From contig NMRA01000001.1 in NCBI GenBank assembly GCA_002633005.1, forward strand, positions 23,527 through 87,526: a stretch of 64,000 nt of DNA, written 5' to 3'. The translations under genes were made by a program, and so were the position numbers. Source of the stretch: Phoronis australis. Its lineage: Eukaryota; Animalia; Phoronida. The notes beneath the pieces are model-generated. The model was not told the origin of the DNA. It searched no databases and saw nothing but the letters and a program-made list of their open reading frames with translations. Shown here in pieces: positions 39,953-62,230 of this stretch. Every line of letters starts with the position of its first letter. Position 1 is the stretch's first letter.

Positions 39953-41341
39953 TGCCATGGCAACATGGGATACACTATCAATGCCATCTATTGAAGAATT
40001 TCAAAAGTGACATTGATCTTTTCGCTACTTATTCTACCTTGAAAAATAAGTTCTATACTAAGTAATGTTTGTATTATTCAGAGGGGGTGATTTTCACTTA
40101 GTACTTAGCATTTGACAAAAAATACTCTGTATGTTTCGAGGCGTTTTGTATGAGCAGTCCTGGGTTGAGTTTCTTAGACACATGAATCTAGTCAAAGAAA
40201 CTAGTATGATCGTGACGATATTTTGTGAAGTTCTGCGTTTCTGCAGAGGCTTCATTCCAAAATAGAAGTATCAAACTAGCCTTTTATCTAAACTCTATGT
40301 TTAGTGGTTATAGTTTTCTGAATTCACCGAGTGTGTCAAAGTTTTAGTGTTGGTCCATATTTTGTACGGTAAATCACTCAAGGGATCTTGCGTTTTGAGA
40401 ACCAGTTTACTGCCTGGTATAACGAACTTCAAATCTGGCTGTCGTTGGTCGTACTTGTACCTTCAACACTTATCAGACGTTTTGCATCACACACGAGTAT
40501 GTTTATGTTCATGTGCCTTTATTCGATTTCGTTTTTCCAAAGAGGAACTCGCTTATCTGTTACCAACATTAGGCACATATGCTTAGTAATAACACCATTC
40601 TTGTATATGGGTTACAATACTACAATGTTACGTCCTGTTTTAACAGACTTGATGTTTACACTTATGAAGTCGACTGTTATGATTTCTGTGTTCATGTATA
40701 GTTTATTTGCGATACATTATCGGGTTTAAATCTAAATGGAATGGAATGAATTTTGTTAATTGTACTCGAGCATTTTCTTCCTTGTACCCACCATTGCAGT
40801 TTAAATCTGAATTTTTACCAGTAAGTTTTACGGAGCGCAAATTTGGCAAATCCAAAATGGCTACAAACACGTTCTCCCACAACACAACCATAGAAAACGA
40901 GATGCGTTTTAAGACTAGTTGAAACTGGCTGTGGAATAGCCCAAGGTAATAGTCATATTATTTGCCTGAACAGTTCTCATAGCTTTGTGAAAACACAACA
41001 TAATCTCTTTGAAACTGGAAACTTCTTTCAGCATAAAAAGTACATGGCTGCTTGTATTTTTTTATTTTACTTACATATTACATATTTCACCACACCACAA
41101 TTCCGTGTTTTTTCACAAAAGTTTAATTTCAGTCACAATCACAATCTACTAAAACTACACTGTACAAAAGTCATGAAGTGGCATTAATTATTCTTGAGTG
41201 TCCATATATGTTGAGGTACTTGGAACATCCGTCTTCCCGCACAGACCACAGTCACATAGAGGAAGTCCCAGGTGGCACCTGCTACCACCCATTGGGCTCT
41301 TACAATGGCCTAATAAACTAGGTATACCAGTGTTGCCAGAT

Positions 41342-51800
<10,459 letters not shown>

Positions 51801-52044
51801 GGTGACTTTCAATAGCGAACAGCTTGCGGGTTACGACCCTTGCACCAGCACCGGAAATAGAATTGGGGTAGTCGCAAAGTAGTCTTTCACGACATGTAAA
51901 ACGACTAACGACACCTTTTGTTGAACTTTCAGTACTTGCCGCAGGATGCTGGGGAGGTGGGCACGCGCCAATAATTTGCACACCTCAGTGTTAAACCGTT
52001 GCTTTGGGCCGAAGGCATTCGAGAAAAGAATTACACTGTTACAT

Positions 52045-52134
52045 GAAGAAAGAAAGAAAGAAAGAAGGAAAGAAAGAAAGGAAGCAAGAAAGAAGAAAGA
52101 AAGAAAGAAAGAAAGAAGGAAAGAAAGAAGGAAG

Positions 52135-52168
<34 letters not shown>

Positions 52169-52345
52169 GAGAAAGAAAGAAAGAAAGGATGGAAGGAAGG
52201 AAGGAAGGAAGCAAGCAAAAAAGAAAGAAAGAAAGATAGAAAGAAAGGAAGAAAGAAGGAAGGAAGGAAGGAAGGAAGGAAGGAAGGAAGGAAGGAAGGA
52301 AAGAAAGAAAGAAAGAAAGAAAGAAAGAAAAAAAGAAAGAAAGAA
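52045..52345. repeat. (GAAA)n/(GGAA)n polypurine microsatellite
   Basis: About 300 bp of almost pure purine tetranucleotide repeats. Confidence 0.97.
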
Positions 52346-52349
52346 TTGA

Positions 52350-52535
52350 AAATTGTCTTTCTAATAAAACAGTTTGTGATATTTAATGACGTTAAATCCG
52401 AATTGAGTGAAGTCATATGTGGTGAAGGGTCTATTTTACATGTAATTCCAATTCTTTTTATATCATACATAAATGATCTAAGGAATATAAAAAAGTTTGA
52501 TAAAATCATTATTTTTTGCCGATGACACAAACATA
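52350..52535 (+). mobile_element. LINE reverse transcriptase fragment
   Basis: KQFVIFNDVKS..VICG.GSIL..ILFISYINDL followed by a frameshifted FADDT motif. Confidence 0.75.
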
Positions 52536-53888
52536 TAATTCAGCCACAAAAAGCACCATGTCCCGGTACGTGCATTACGATATGCAGGAATTTTCACCGT
52601 TGGTCCCAAGCGGCTTGTATCGGGCGCCGGAATCAGGTACAGTTGGGATGACCGTATTGCTCGATGCGAGCAAGACCCAATTAAGTGTAATTACTCGACC
52701 ATAAACTGTATTAAACATCTCTGACTGTAGGCTACATAATGGCGAATTTTCATTAAATGCATTAACCACTAGTTTTCGTTAAAAATGAACACCACGGCGG
52801 TATTCAGCTGGAAAAAAACAACCAAGTACGGTTTAAAAATCGATGAACTAATAATCTAAAACTACAACCATTAGATACGATACCGCGCGTATTGATATAC
52901 TCGGTGGATATACAAACGCTGATTAGAGTTAACAATATCACATGGATTCATTTTTTAATATTCTTTCAATCTCGTTTAACCAGATTTTGACCAGGAAAAA
53001 GTTGTACCCACTTTTCATTTTTATTACTGTCAAAGAGCTAGAATAGTTATATAGTCAGTGCCAACGAAATTGTCCATAGATTCCAAATCTTCAGTTTGGT
53101 TATCACCATATTTGCACTTTTGTATAGATTTTATGATTTGAGTTCTAATAAAGATTAAACTTTAATGACAGATGAAATGTTTAGTGTGCCTGTAATGTGG
53201 TACATTCAGGGATGGGCTCACAATGTACTTAACTAATTAAGTTTCGATGGCGATAAAAATCTACCCCTCATGTGTTTTGGTACTTCAGGCAAGTTAAAAG
53301 CTTAGATAAAAGGTTATCAACCCGTTACCGGTAAAAAAACAAGTGGGTAGAATGATTAAAAATTAAATAAAGAAAACCAATATGAAACATATCGTTTCCT
53401 TTTGGTTAGTGTCCCTTTGTGAAGATAAACACAAGTTAACCTTTTTAGTCATTTTGTAATATTCATAATGTACCAAGTTGAAACTACTCTCCAGAGTTGC
53501 AGGCTGTAACTCTGCAAAATGTCACAGGAAACCAAATTGGGGGTACTAACAACAACCATTGTTGAGACAGTAATGCTAGCTATTACCTTTCCACTTCATT
53601 AGCTCAGATCTACATCAATACAAAGGGCCGCGTGTTGAATATTTATGGTAACGGTTGTTTGGGGCTTAGGGAATCAGAGCGGTGACCAGTGTAAGCGAGA
53701 AATTAGTCTCCACGAGGACCTGAACTGTAATGGTCTCATATAGCCACAGTTAAACAGATGGTTTCACTTATCGTTTTCAAAAAAACGTTTTAAAATGCAG
53801 TAATTGCCTCAAATGGCATTTCTCCATTTTCATAGCAAATAAGCACTATGTTGCAGTATAATTATAATCCAAAATTATGTTTCACGTA

Positions 53889-54471
53889 TACGGTATATAG
53901 AATTTGTTAAATGCACGACACTTTTCATTGTTCACAGTCTTTATTCCGTTACGTTCGTACTTTCGGAACAAATCTTCAAAATGGCGCCATTCAAGATCAT
54001 TTTCTGCAAANGTAAAATCACCCGTCAAGAAATTGTGGAAAACACGTCAATTCGCTACGTGGAGCAAGATGTGCTGCGTTTGAAAGTATTAGAGTCCCTT
54101 TTAATTGCTTTTGAGAAGCCTATTTTGAATGAGCAGCAAACAGGGTCGCGCCGCACGTTACACTTGTTTGCGTGACTTTCCTGTTACCCCAATTCATTCA
54201 TTCTTTGCAGTATTTCACACCCGCCGTGTCTCACTGCGTGTGTCGTCAGCTTATACTCTGTGGTGGCATTACTGCGTCATTTTATCTTCACTTGAGAATG
54301 AAACAAGTATGTTTCGAAATATCGTGTGTCATTTTAATTACGTCGCTGGGTCAGTTACTGTATCTATGTTCAGTTGAGAGTAGAGTTTTGTTGGCGAAAG
54401 TACGAACGTATCGGAATAAAGACTGTGAACAGTGAAAAGTGTCGTGCATTTAAAAAATTCTGTATAACCGA
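53889..54471 (+). mobile_element. Penelope-like retroelement 3' end with inverted pLTR segment
   Basis: GIY-YIG-type C-terminus RLKVLESLLIAFEKPILNEQ (54011-54175), followed by a hammerhead motif and AATAAA; 53890-53975 is an inverted copy of 54383-54470. Confidence 0.75.
54289..54326 (+). ncRNA. Minimal hammerhead ribozyme, U3-A8 core variant
   Basis: CAC UUGAGAA UG AAACA agua UGUUU C GAAA UA UC GUG, located in the expected pLTR position of the Penelope element. Confidence 0.6.
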
Positions 54472-55538
54472 AAACTTGCTCCCGAAGTACAGTCAGTATA
54501 CTGTATATATGTAAATACCGGGTATGCTATTTTCAAAGGACAAGCATACACTGTACGTTTTTGACGCGTGTGATTTCTTCTATTCGACTTCTTGCCTTCC
54601 AAGGGTTGACATTTCATGGTGATGATTGAACTATTAATTCAGTGAAGAAATGGAATTGATTCAGGTATCATATATTGAGCTGATGGGTGATTTTGACCCC
54701 CGCTTTTTGGAAGCAAGTCGGGAAATGTATAGAAATCCTTGAAGTGTAACACATCGTATTTGTCGACCAATATTTGTGAGGAATTTATTGAATCAATAGG
54801 GTAACAAGTTTTCTCTATTATTCTAGAAGAAGTAGAAGAATCAAAAAGTATTATTCCATCGGGGACTACAACCTCGGATTTGTCAAATAAACGAGTCGGG
54901 TTCAAATTAAGACAGATTAAGAATCAAGCCGTTTAATAAACCAAATATGGAACCAATTGACTCATCATTTTGATAGCACTGTATACCAGGAAACTGGAAC
55001 ACGTCTCAATTAAAACCGAATGGCAAAACAATCGACTTCGCCAATGAGTTAAACAGATTTTCCAAACCAGTAGGCATAATTACCCAATTACTCGCCTTAC
55101 AGAGCAGTTTAGAATAATTAACAGGTAATATCACGCTGCGCCATTTTCGCCTGCGTGGTTCGTGGTCCTGCCGTTCAAATGACATTTGTTTGATTAACTT
55201 GTAATTTGAAAATCACACATTTCATTGATACTCTTCAAAAATATAACATTGTTGGTTATATGTTTGGACAGTATAGCTGATGAAGTGCCTTGAAAATACA
55301 AAAAAAATTTACAAATATGACAATGGAAGTGCGTTAGTTAATTATGGGATTGTGTATTGAACAAAAAAACCGATATGCAGAAATACTTTTTGAAAAAGGT
55401 AAGCTGAGAAACAATTAATGACGAAATGGGGAAAGGTTTTTCATTTCAGCGCTGAGGTCCACTTTATGCATGTTTATCGACTGATTGCACAACTTGCAAT
55501 ATTCACTTTGTTAAAGACTCGCAAAGCACTTGCACTTA

Positions 55539-55859
55539 ATGAATATGGGTGCGTTTAATTTAATGTGCTTTACTATTTTGCTGCTTCATAAATATGGCTT
55601 TGCCATAAATGCAATGTTCCAGAAAACCCATAATTATAGAGACAAATGTACTGTGACTGCAAGATTTCATGGTGTAGTTTAACTGTATTGCACCTCGACC
55701 TGCTTGATGGAGCGTAATGTCAATCCTAACTTCTGCGTGGGGTTGAACTACCACGCGGAGGAAATGAATTGCGAACTCTGCAACGCGTGTCCTGCAAAAC
55801 CGTCACCATCTACCGGGTGGTCCGTCTGGACAATTTCCGTCAACAACTGAATAACTTCG
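55539..55859 (+). pseudogene. Disabled paralog of the signal peptide plus PAN/Apple exon at 61167
   Basis: Colinear with 61167-61506 (CTVTARFHGVV*LYCTSTCLMERNVNPNFCVGLNY..CELCNACP); in-frame TAA at 55680-55682, 1-nt deletion near 55840, same G|gtaagt donor position. Confidence 0.8.
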
Positions 55860-57734
55860 GTAAGTAATTGTGTAACTATACATTTGCTTATCGACAAGAA
55901 CGTCAGATAGCCATCAACAGCTTGTTACATGAAACAGTCCACATTATGAATAGGCACTCGATGATTACGTTCCCTTACAGAAAATCTTCTGAGCTGTTAG
56001 TCTATTCACGAATTGTCATATTTAGAATGATATATCTCAGAACTTTGTCAGTATTTTAATAATAAAGATTACAGGTGTTTGTTGAGAAATCCCAATTTAT
56101 TATCAAATCATTCAACGAGGAGCTTACCCTCAGCATCTGTCAGCTTTCATTATTGCGTTAGTATTGAAAATAAAACATTTAAACAAATTAGGCAATCGGA
56201 GATACAGCAAAAATTCACAACTGTGCTGAAAAAATAAAGAACATGTAAAACAGTCCCTATCTGCGCGTATTTTGGCTCATGCACCCATCTGAAGGTTTGT
56301 TTTTGAGAGCATTTGAGGGTTTACACATGAGGCTTCAAAATCTCTAGGAAGTCGAAAAAACGATCTACCCGCTTTCTTCGCAGCTTCGTAGTTCGGACAA
56401 GCGGGAAAGATGCACCGCAATATAGCGGCATTAACTTAGCAGACGAACCACTGACGTCGCTGCCTTGTTTCTCACCTTCCTCACAGGTTAACGCGACACC
56501 ATCGGCAAGGTGAGGTCGACCGTATAAGAGGCGATGTGGATATAGACCGATTAAGACGGTAAAAAAGACTAAGTAACTCGGGTGGCATTCTCCTTTAAGT
56601 GTGCAAACATTTGTTTTACGGACAGATCTTATGTTCCGTTTGTGTGCCATTCAGCGACGTGGTAAAAGTGTTGTTACTTGAAGATAGTAGTTTGCACGCG
56701 TTACTTTAGACTTGGAATGCCACCTCCGCGTATGTTCATTTTTGAAGTTCCGGTTGTCTGCTCTATTGTGCTTTGCTCGAGTATTGTAGTTATCACGCTT
56801 AATTTTATTGCTTCATTTTCAATTTTTCATACCTGTTCATCATGCGAGACATTCAGAAGGCACGGTTTCAGACAACCATCGTCTTCTCGGCAACAAACCC
56901 GACAGTTACATTAGTCATTCTGTGTAGACGACACGTGGCCCAAGCTAGGTATTGGGAATAGCCGGGCCTCTAACGTCTGCCGTCTGAGTTTCAATTTCGA
57001 AAACCTATCAAACTACCGTTTAGGAGTTCTAGGCAACAAGACATTTTGAGAGTTAAACTCAAGTCACAGTATTTTTACGGAAAGAAGTGATATTTGGCTT
57101 TTCTTAGGGTATTGTAAATGAAAAACTTATGCACAACCAACATTTTCGTGTATTTATTTGCGTAAGTAAATATGTGTGTTTGCGTGTGTGCGTGCGTGTG
57201 TGTTTGTTTGCACTTAAATTATTTCTTTTTTCAATTGTTTCTTAAATAATTCATTTGTGTAACGCTTATATGTTCTCAAATGCTGTAATGTTTTCTGTTG
57301 CACTTACCTGCCTACCCGTGAAGAAAAATAAAAAATGAAAAGTTTATTTTGTAAAAGAATCCCAATCCAATACTGTGTTACTGATGTCATAAAACATGTA
57401 CTTCCCAATTGTCCCACTATTGGCGACCTGTCCCCATTTTCGAATTCTCCAATCATCTCAACATAAAATGTCCTGCCAGTTTTTGACACCCGTAGCGAAA
57501 TTGACAACTCATTTTTATACAATTTTATAGGGAGGGAGGGAGAGAGAGAGAGAAGAGCGAGAGAGGGAGATAATACATCTATAAACATACATTGGAAATC
57601 AGTGAAATACAATTTAAGAAAATACACAATTGGATATATATGATTATACCAAAATATTAGCGTCGAATGGCAAATGCACACGTGTAATAACCCATTTAGT
57701 TATCTCACTGGTGAGATAACATTTTGGCGGCAAA

Positions 57735-57805
57735 CCGAGGGCGGTTTCGAACCCAGGCCTCAAGAGTTTCGAGTCACCGAATTTACCACTACACCAGTCA
57801 GCGGC
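57735..57805 (-). mobile_element. tRNA-derived SINE head or tRNA pseudogene
   Basis: A box TGGTGTAGTGG and B box GGTTCGAAACC at tRNA spacing; anticodon and T stems do not pair. Confidence 0.45.
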
Positions 57806-60800
57806 TGACGTCATCAATCGTGAAAATAGAATACTTAAATGAGCATGCGCAACAATCGCATGTTCAGCAAAGGACATTGTACCGACATTGATTTATACGC
57901 TATGAAAAATAAGACGCATAGTTTCCATGAAAACGATATTTTAATTCAGTGACATTTTATCTCTCGTGTTCTCTCACTTGTAAATCACCGATCTCCAATT
58001 TGAATGCGGGTATCGTGTGGCCGGGTTCCTTTGACTTGAGCATTATACTCAGTTACTAGTGGTAACCTACTTTTTAACAGACGATATTTTCCCGGTCGAA
58101 GCTTAGCGTGATAAAATGTGTAGTAAGTTATAATAGTTGCTAAACCTTACTTTATATATCCATTTTATTCTTAATTTTGTTTAAATTTTCAATTGGTTTT
58201 GAGTAAAAGCATTATTTGACAAAAAAGCTCGGCTTTTCTTAAAAGGTCACGACCTCCGACCCCGGGCCTGTGACATAGAAAGTAGTTACAAAGCCCAGGC
58301 GAGTCGAGAAAGGTAGATCGATTCATTGCAATGTTTCTCGTTAAGTATGTGTTATAAATAGATTATTATTTGTTCTCAGTCGTTATCCCCCTCGGGCGAC
58401 AATTCTCCAAAATCCACTCGGGCTCTAGATAACGGGGGATAACGACTTGTAATATTCTATATTTATCATACATAGATTATGTTACGGCCGTGAAATAACC
58501 GCGTTATCATACCGCGGAATACGTCAGAACTACTTTTCCGCATTTTCTCTAGAGAAGATAGCAATTAGAATCTTTAGAGAAAATAATCCTGGCAAAGCCT
58601 TACTACGCCAAACACGGAAATCATAACTTCCGGGTCCTAACCGTGTTGTATTTAGTCAATATAAGAAACTAGAATCGTTAATAGTTACACCAAGTTTTGT
58701 TTTGTAATATTCTTTTACTAATTCAACTCTACTTTAACTCAACATGTTGTTTAACTGATCGTCTGCTCAATCTACTGCCGGTCCGGTACTGCGGTGGTAC
58801 AAGTAACTGAAAGATATTTGCCAGTTAATTCGTTATTTGATGTTAATTTTGTTGCGTGTTTTGATTAGTTTTTATTTGATGCTATTTTGCATGGAATAAA
58901 TACACACATGATGAGGTCAAAATTATTTGCAATTCCGCAACGACTTATCAGCAGATGCTGGCGCTTAACCCACTTAAGATTAGTGTAAGTGCGCGTTCAC
59001 ACGAAATGTGATTTTGATAAATATATTCTATTTGCCATTCATGTAAAGTTCAAGAACTGGTAAATAAACAAAGCAGCCGTGTAGTGGTAATTAATAATGT
59101 ATATAAGTTAATTTTCGACATTTACAGACTGCCTGTCTTTGATGCAACCATAATCTATGTATTTTGTGGTCGGACAAGAAGCTTACATAAAGTTTAGCAT
59201 TGTGGCACTAAAGGAATCTGTCAGAACTAACACTGGCCAGAGAATATCAAATACTCTCTCTCTTTAATTCAAGAATATGCATTAGTTGAAACAAATAGGC
59301 ATGTCGCTAGGGTTCCTGTTCAATTTCCATTTTGAATTAAGACTTTAAGTTTTGAACATTTTCAAAGCCTATCTCACAACAAATATTCAGGTATTTCATA
59401 CATTGTGTCCAGCAAGTCGGCCTTTACTGGCGTCACAACTACATTGTCCAAAAACACAACGATTTGCGGATTGCCAAGGATCGCGAGGTAAAAATCGTTA
59501 AGGCGGTTGTGACGTAAGCTTAAGCACGAAAGCGACATCACAAAAATTGCTAATAGTCACAAGTTATATACAACCATAAGTTAACAATTCGCGTATTCAC
59601 CGTTAACATGGTAACCAAAATGACTATTATACTTTGCACACACAATGGAAACATTGACGATTTAACTAAAATGCTGTATTTGCCAACTGTCCAGTCGAAT
59701 GATCCAGCTTGTGTAGCCATACACCGAATTATGGGGCATTGTACCAAAAATGTATTAAGTGAATATCACTGAACACGACATTCACAGTGAGGGCTATTTA
59801 GAATGTGGAAAAAACGTTTTCCTCGGCGGAAAGACTTTCTCCACAGAGAAGAGTTTTTCGGTGAAAAAGTGATTTTTTCGTAATGTCAATTTGTCAATGT
59901 CACCGTATGGCCACCGAAGTCTCCTTTATACAGTTACATGTAGGCTATATCGTCGTCACTGGTGAAGTGGGCAGTAGACGCACGTAGACGCAGTACACAA
60001 CCTTTCACATTCTACGTATCGACAGTTGAGGTGTTGTCGTGTGTAGACGCAAGTAGGTACATTACATCAAGAATTTCGTATAAAATTCTCTATTAATATT
60101 GGCACAAATCTCTGCGAACGCTGACAACAGCGTTAAATTTTCAATACTGAAAAATAGTCGTGGTTTGAGAAAAACAGGGAAATTCGTGGACAGGACTGCA
60201 AAATAGCAAGTTAAAAATTCTGCGGTCACTCAGACTATGCGTTGGCTGGTGCCTGTCATGTTTACTGGCAGGTTTGTCCGATTGACAGTGGAAGAGGCCT
60301 GAAAAATAGAAGAATCAAAGAGGCTCAACCGTTTTTGTCTCATGAAATCGTCTAGCATCTGCCGAAGTTACGAATTCACTTGTGATCATACCAATATTAT
60401 TATTTAGCTCAAGAAACACGTACCACAGTCTGTTTGGGATTCATCAATTTTATTAGTCACGAGAGCCATTCCGTAATGCTTTGTCGTTTGATGATTCACG
60501 CACGCTAGTTGATCATAGAAACAGGATCGCCGTTGATTTCGGTCGCTGGAATAAAATTTGCCCTTGGTAAGAGTCCTTGAAAGTGGTTAGAGGTTTAGAC
60601 TTCAGGTGGCGTGGTATTGGTTAGTGTGCTGTGAGTGGTATTTTGTTTCGCCTTCCTTCAGGGAGAGAATTGAATACTTATGTAAAATGGTAAACGTACA
60701 AACAAAATTCACAACTACTTGGGTTAAACTTTTCAGTTGAAGATTGCCCGAGTGCGCTTCTGTGGAAAGGATTTTGTGCGCGGTAAGAGTTTTTGCGGTG

Positions 60801-61166
60801 TTAACTAAGAGTGGAATTCCACCCCCTGCGGAGCGGAATCAATACTCGTCGGTATACTAGTTAATAAAAATGAAACATCTGAATGTCGGTTTCCCCATCA
60901 AGTGCAGAACTTTCGAGCACGAGCAAATACCAGCAGCAAACATAACACTTTTGTTTCAATTGTAGTGCACCAGAATTTATTTTGAACAAGGATACTGATA
61001 GGAGAAAATAAATTTTGAAACAGGTAAACTGACAAATAATTGATAAGTGGATAGATAAAGAATTTTTTGTTGTTTCATCGCTGTCGTAAGATATTCATGA
61101 GTATCGACTGATTGAAAAACTCGATGCGACAGATTCACTTCGTCATTTCGCCTTAAAGCTTTCAAA

Positions 61167-61506
61167 ATGCCAACGCAAGTAAATGTGTTAGCTTCTAGTT
61201 TAATGTGCTTCACAGCTTTACTGCTTCTTAAGTATTGCTTTGCTGCATGTAAGATTCCAGTGTTCCAGAAAAGCAAGAATTCTAGAGACAATTGTACTGT
61301 AACTGCAAGATACCATGGTGTAGCTTTACTGAATTGCACGTCGATTTGCATGAAGGAGCGTAATGTCAATCCAAGCTTCTGCGTAGGAATGAACTACTTG
61401 GCGGATGAGAAGACATGCGAACTCTGTAACGCGTGTCCTGCGAAGCTGTTACCAGCTCCGGGGTGGTCCCTCTGGACAATTTCTGATCAAGAGCTGAATA
61501 GCTTCT
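61167..61506 (+). CDS. First coding exon of a secreted PAN/Apple-domain protein
   Basis: Hydrophobic leader (LMCFTALLLLKYCFA), then C-x3-C...C-x-G-x-N-Y...C-E-L PAN-like pattern; ends at a phase 1 donor T|gtaagt; no downstream exon identified. Confidence 0.65.
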
Positions 61507-61679
61507 GTAAGTAACTGTGTAACTATATTTTTACTTAAGGACAAGCAGGTCAAATAGTCATCAACAGCCTGTCACACGAAACACTACCATATAGGCACTC
61601 CATTACGTCCCTTTACATCAAATCTTTTGCGCAGTTAGTTTATTCACGAATGCCATTTTTAATGAAATGTCTAATGCTT

Positions 61680-62230
61680 AAATACCTTTTCCTCCACAAA
61701 AGAATTTATACAAACAAGATGTTAAAATTGTTCGTTTTTTCACAAACTGACCAATGTCCCTACTGTGGCGAGGTCCAGACTTTCCAGCATAATTATGTTT
61801 TACAGATGTTTCAGTGTGAAATGTTTCTGGAATTCTTTACATCATTTCATAAGTAAAGTTTTTAACTTACACGCTGAACCATCCATGTACCACTTTTTAG
61901 TTTGCTTCTTTGCCAATTTAAGCGAAATCTTCAATACCATATACACTCATGCTCAACATTATATTTATAAATCATCGAGAGATGGGTCTCAACCTTGTCT
62001 TGATAAGTTCAAATTAATACATTTTGACGCTGTGAATCTTATTGTCTTTAACGCCTCGGATAAAACTTCAGAAAAGTGGAGGGTTTTGCAGGCATCTCTT
62101 TAAAATGATTCAAACAATATACGGTGTCATTTTTATAACCACTTCTATGTTGTATTATAAGAAAACTGACTTTTTCATAAACATACATGTACATGTACAC
62201 CTATGCAAATGTAAACATATATTAAGTTAA
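61680..62230 (+). mobile_element. L1/Tx1-like retrotransposon 3' fragment (zinc knuckle region)
   Basis: FLHKRIYTNKML...CPYCGEVQTFQH...C..VKCFW...HYIYK; this segment is absent from the paralogous region downstream of 55859. Confidence 0.65.

Noticed and set aside
51831-52530. Lys/Glu/Arg-rich and Phe/Leu/Ser-rich ORFs
   Set aside because: Translations of the GAAA/GGAA microsatellite.
57735-57805. Functional tRNA gene
   Set aside because: A and B boxes are present but the cloverleaf stems do not pair.
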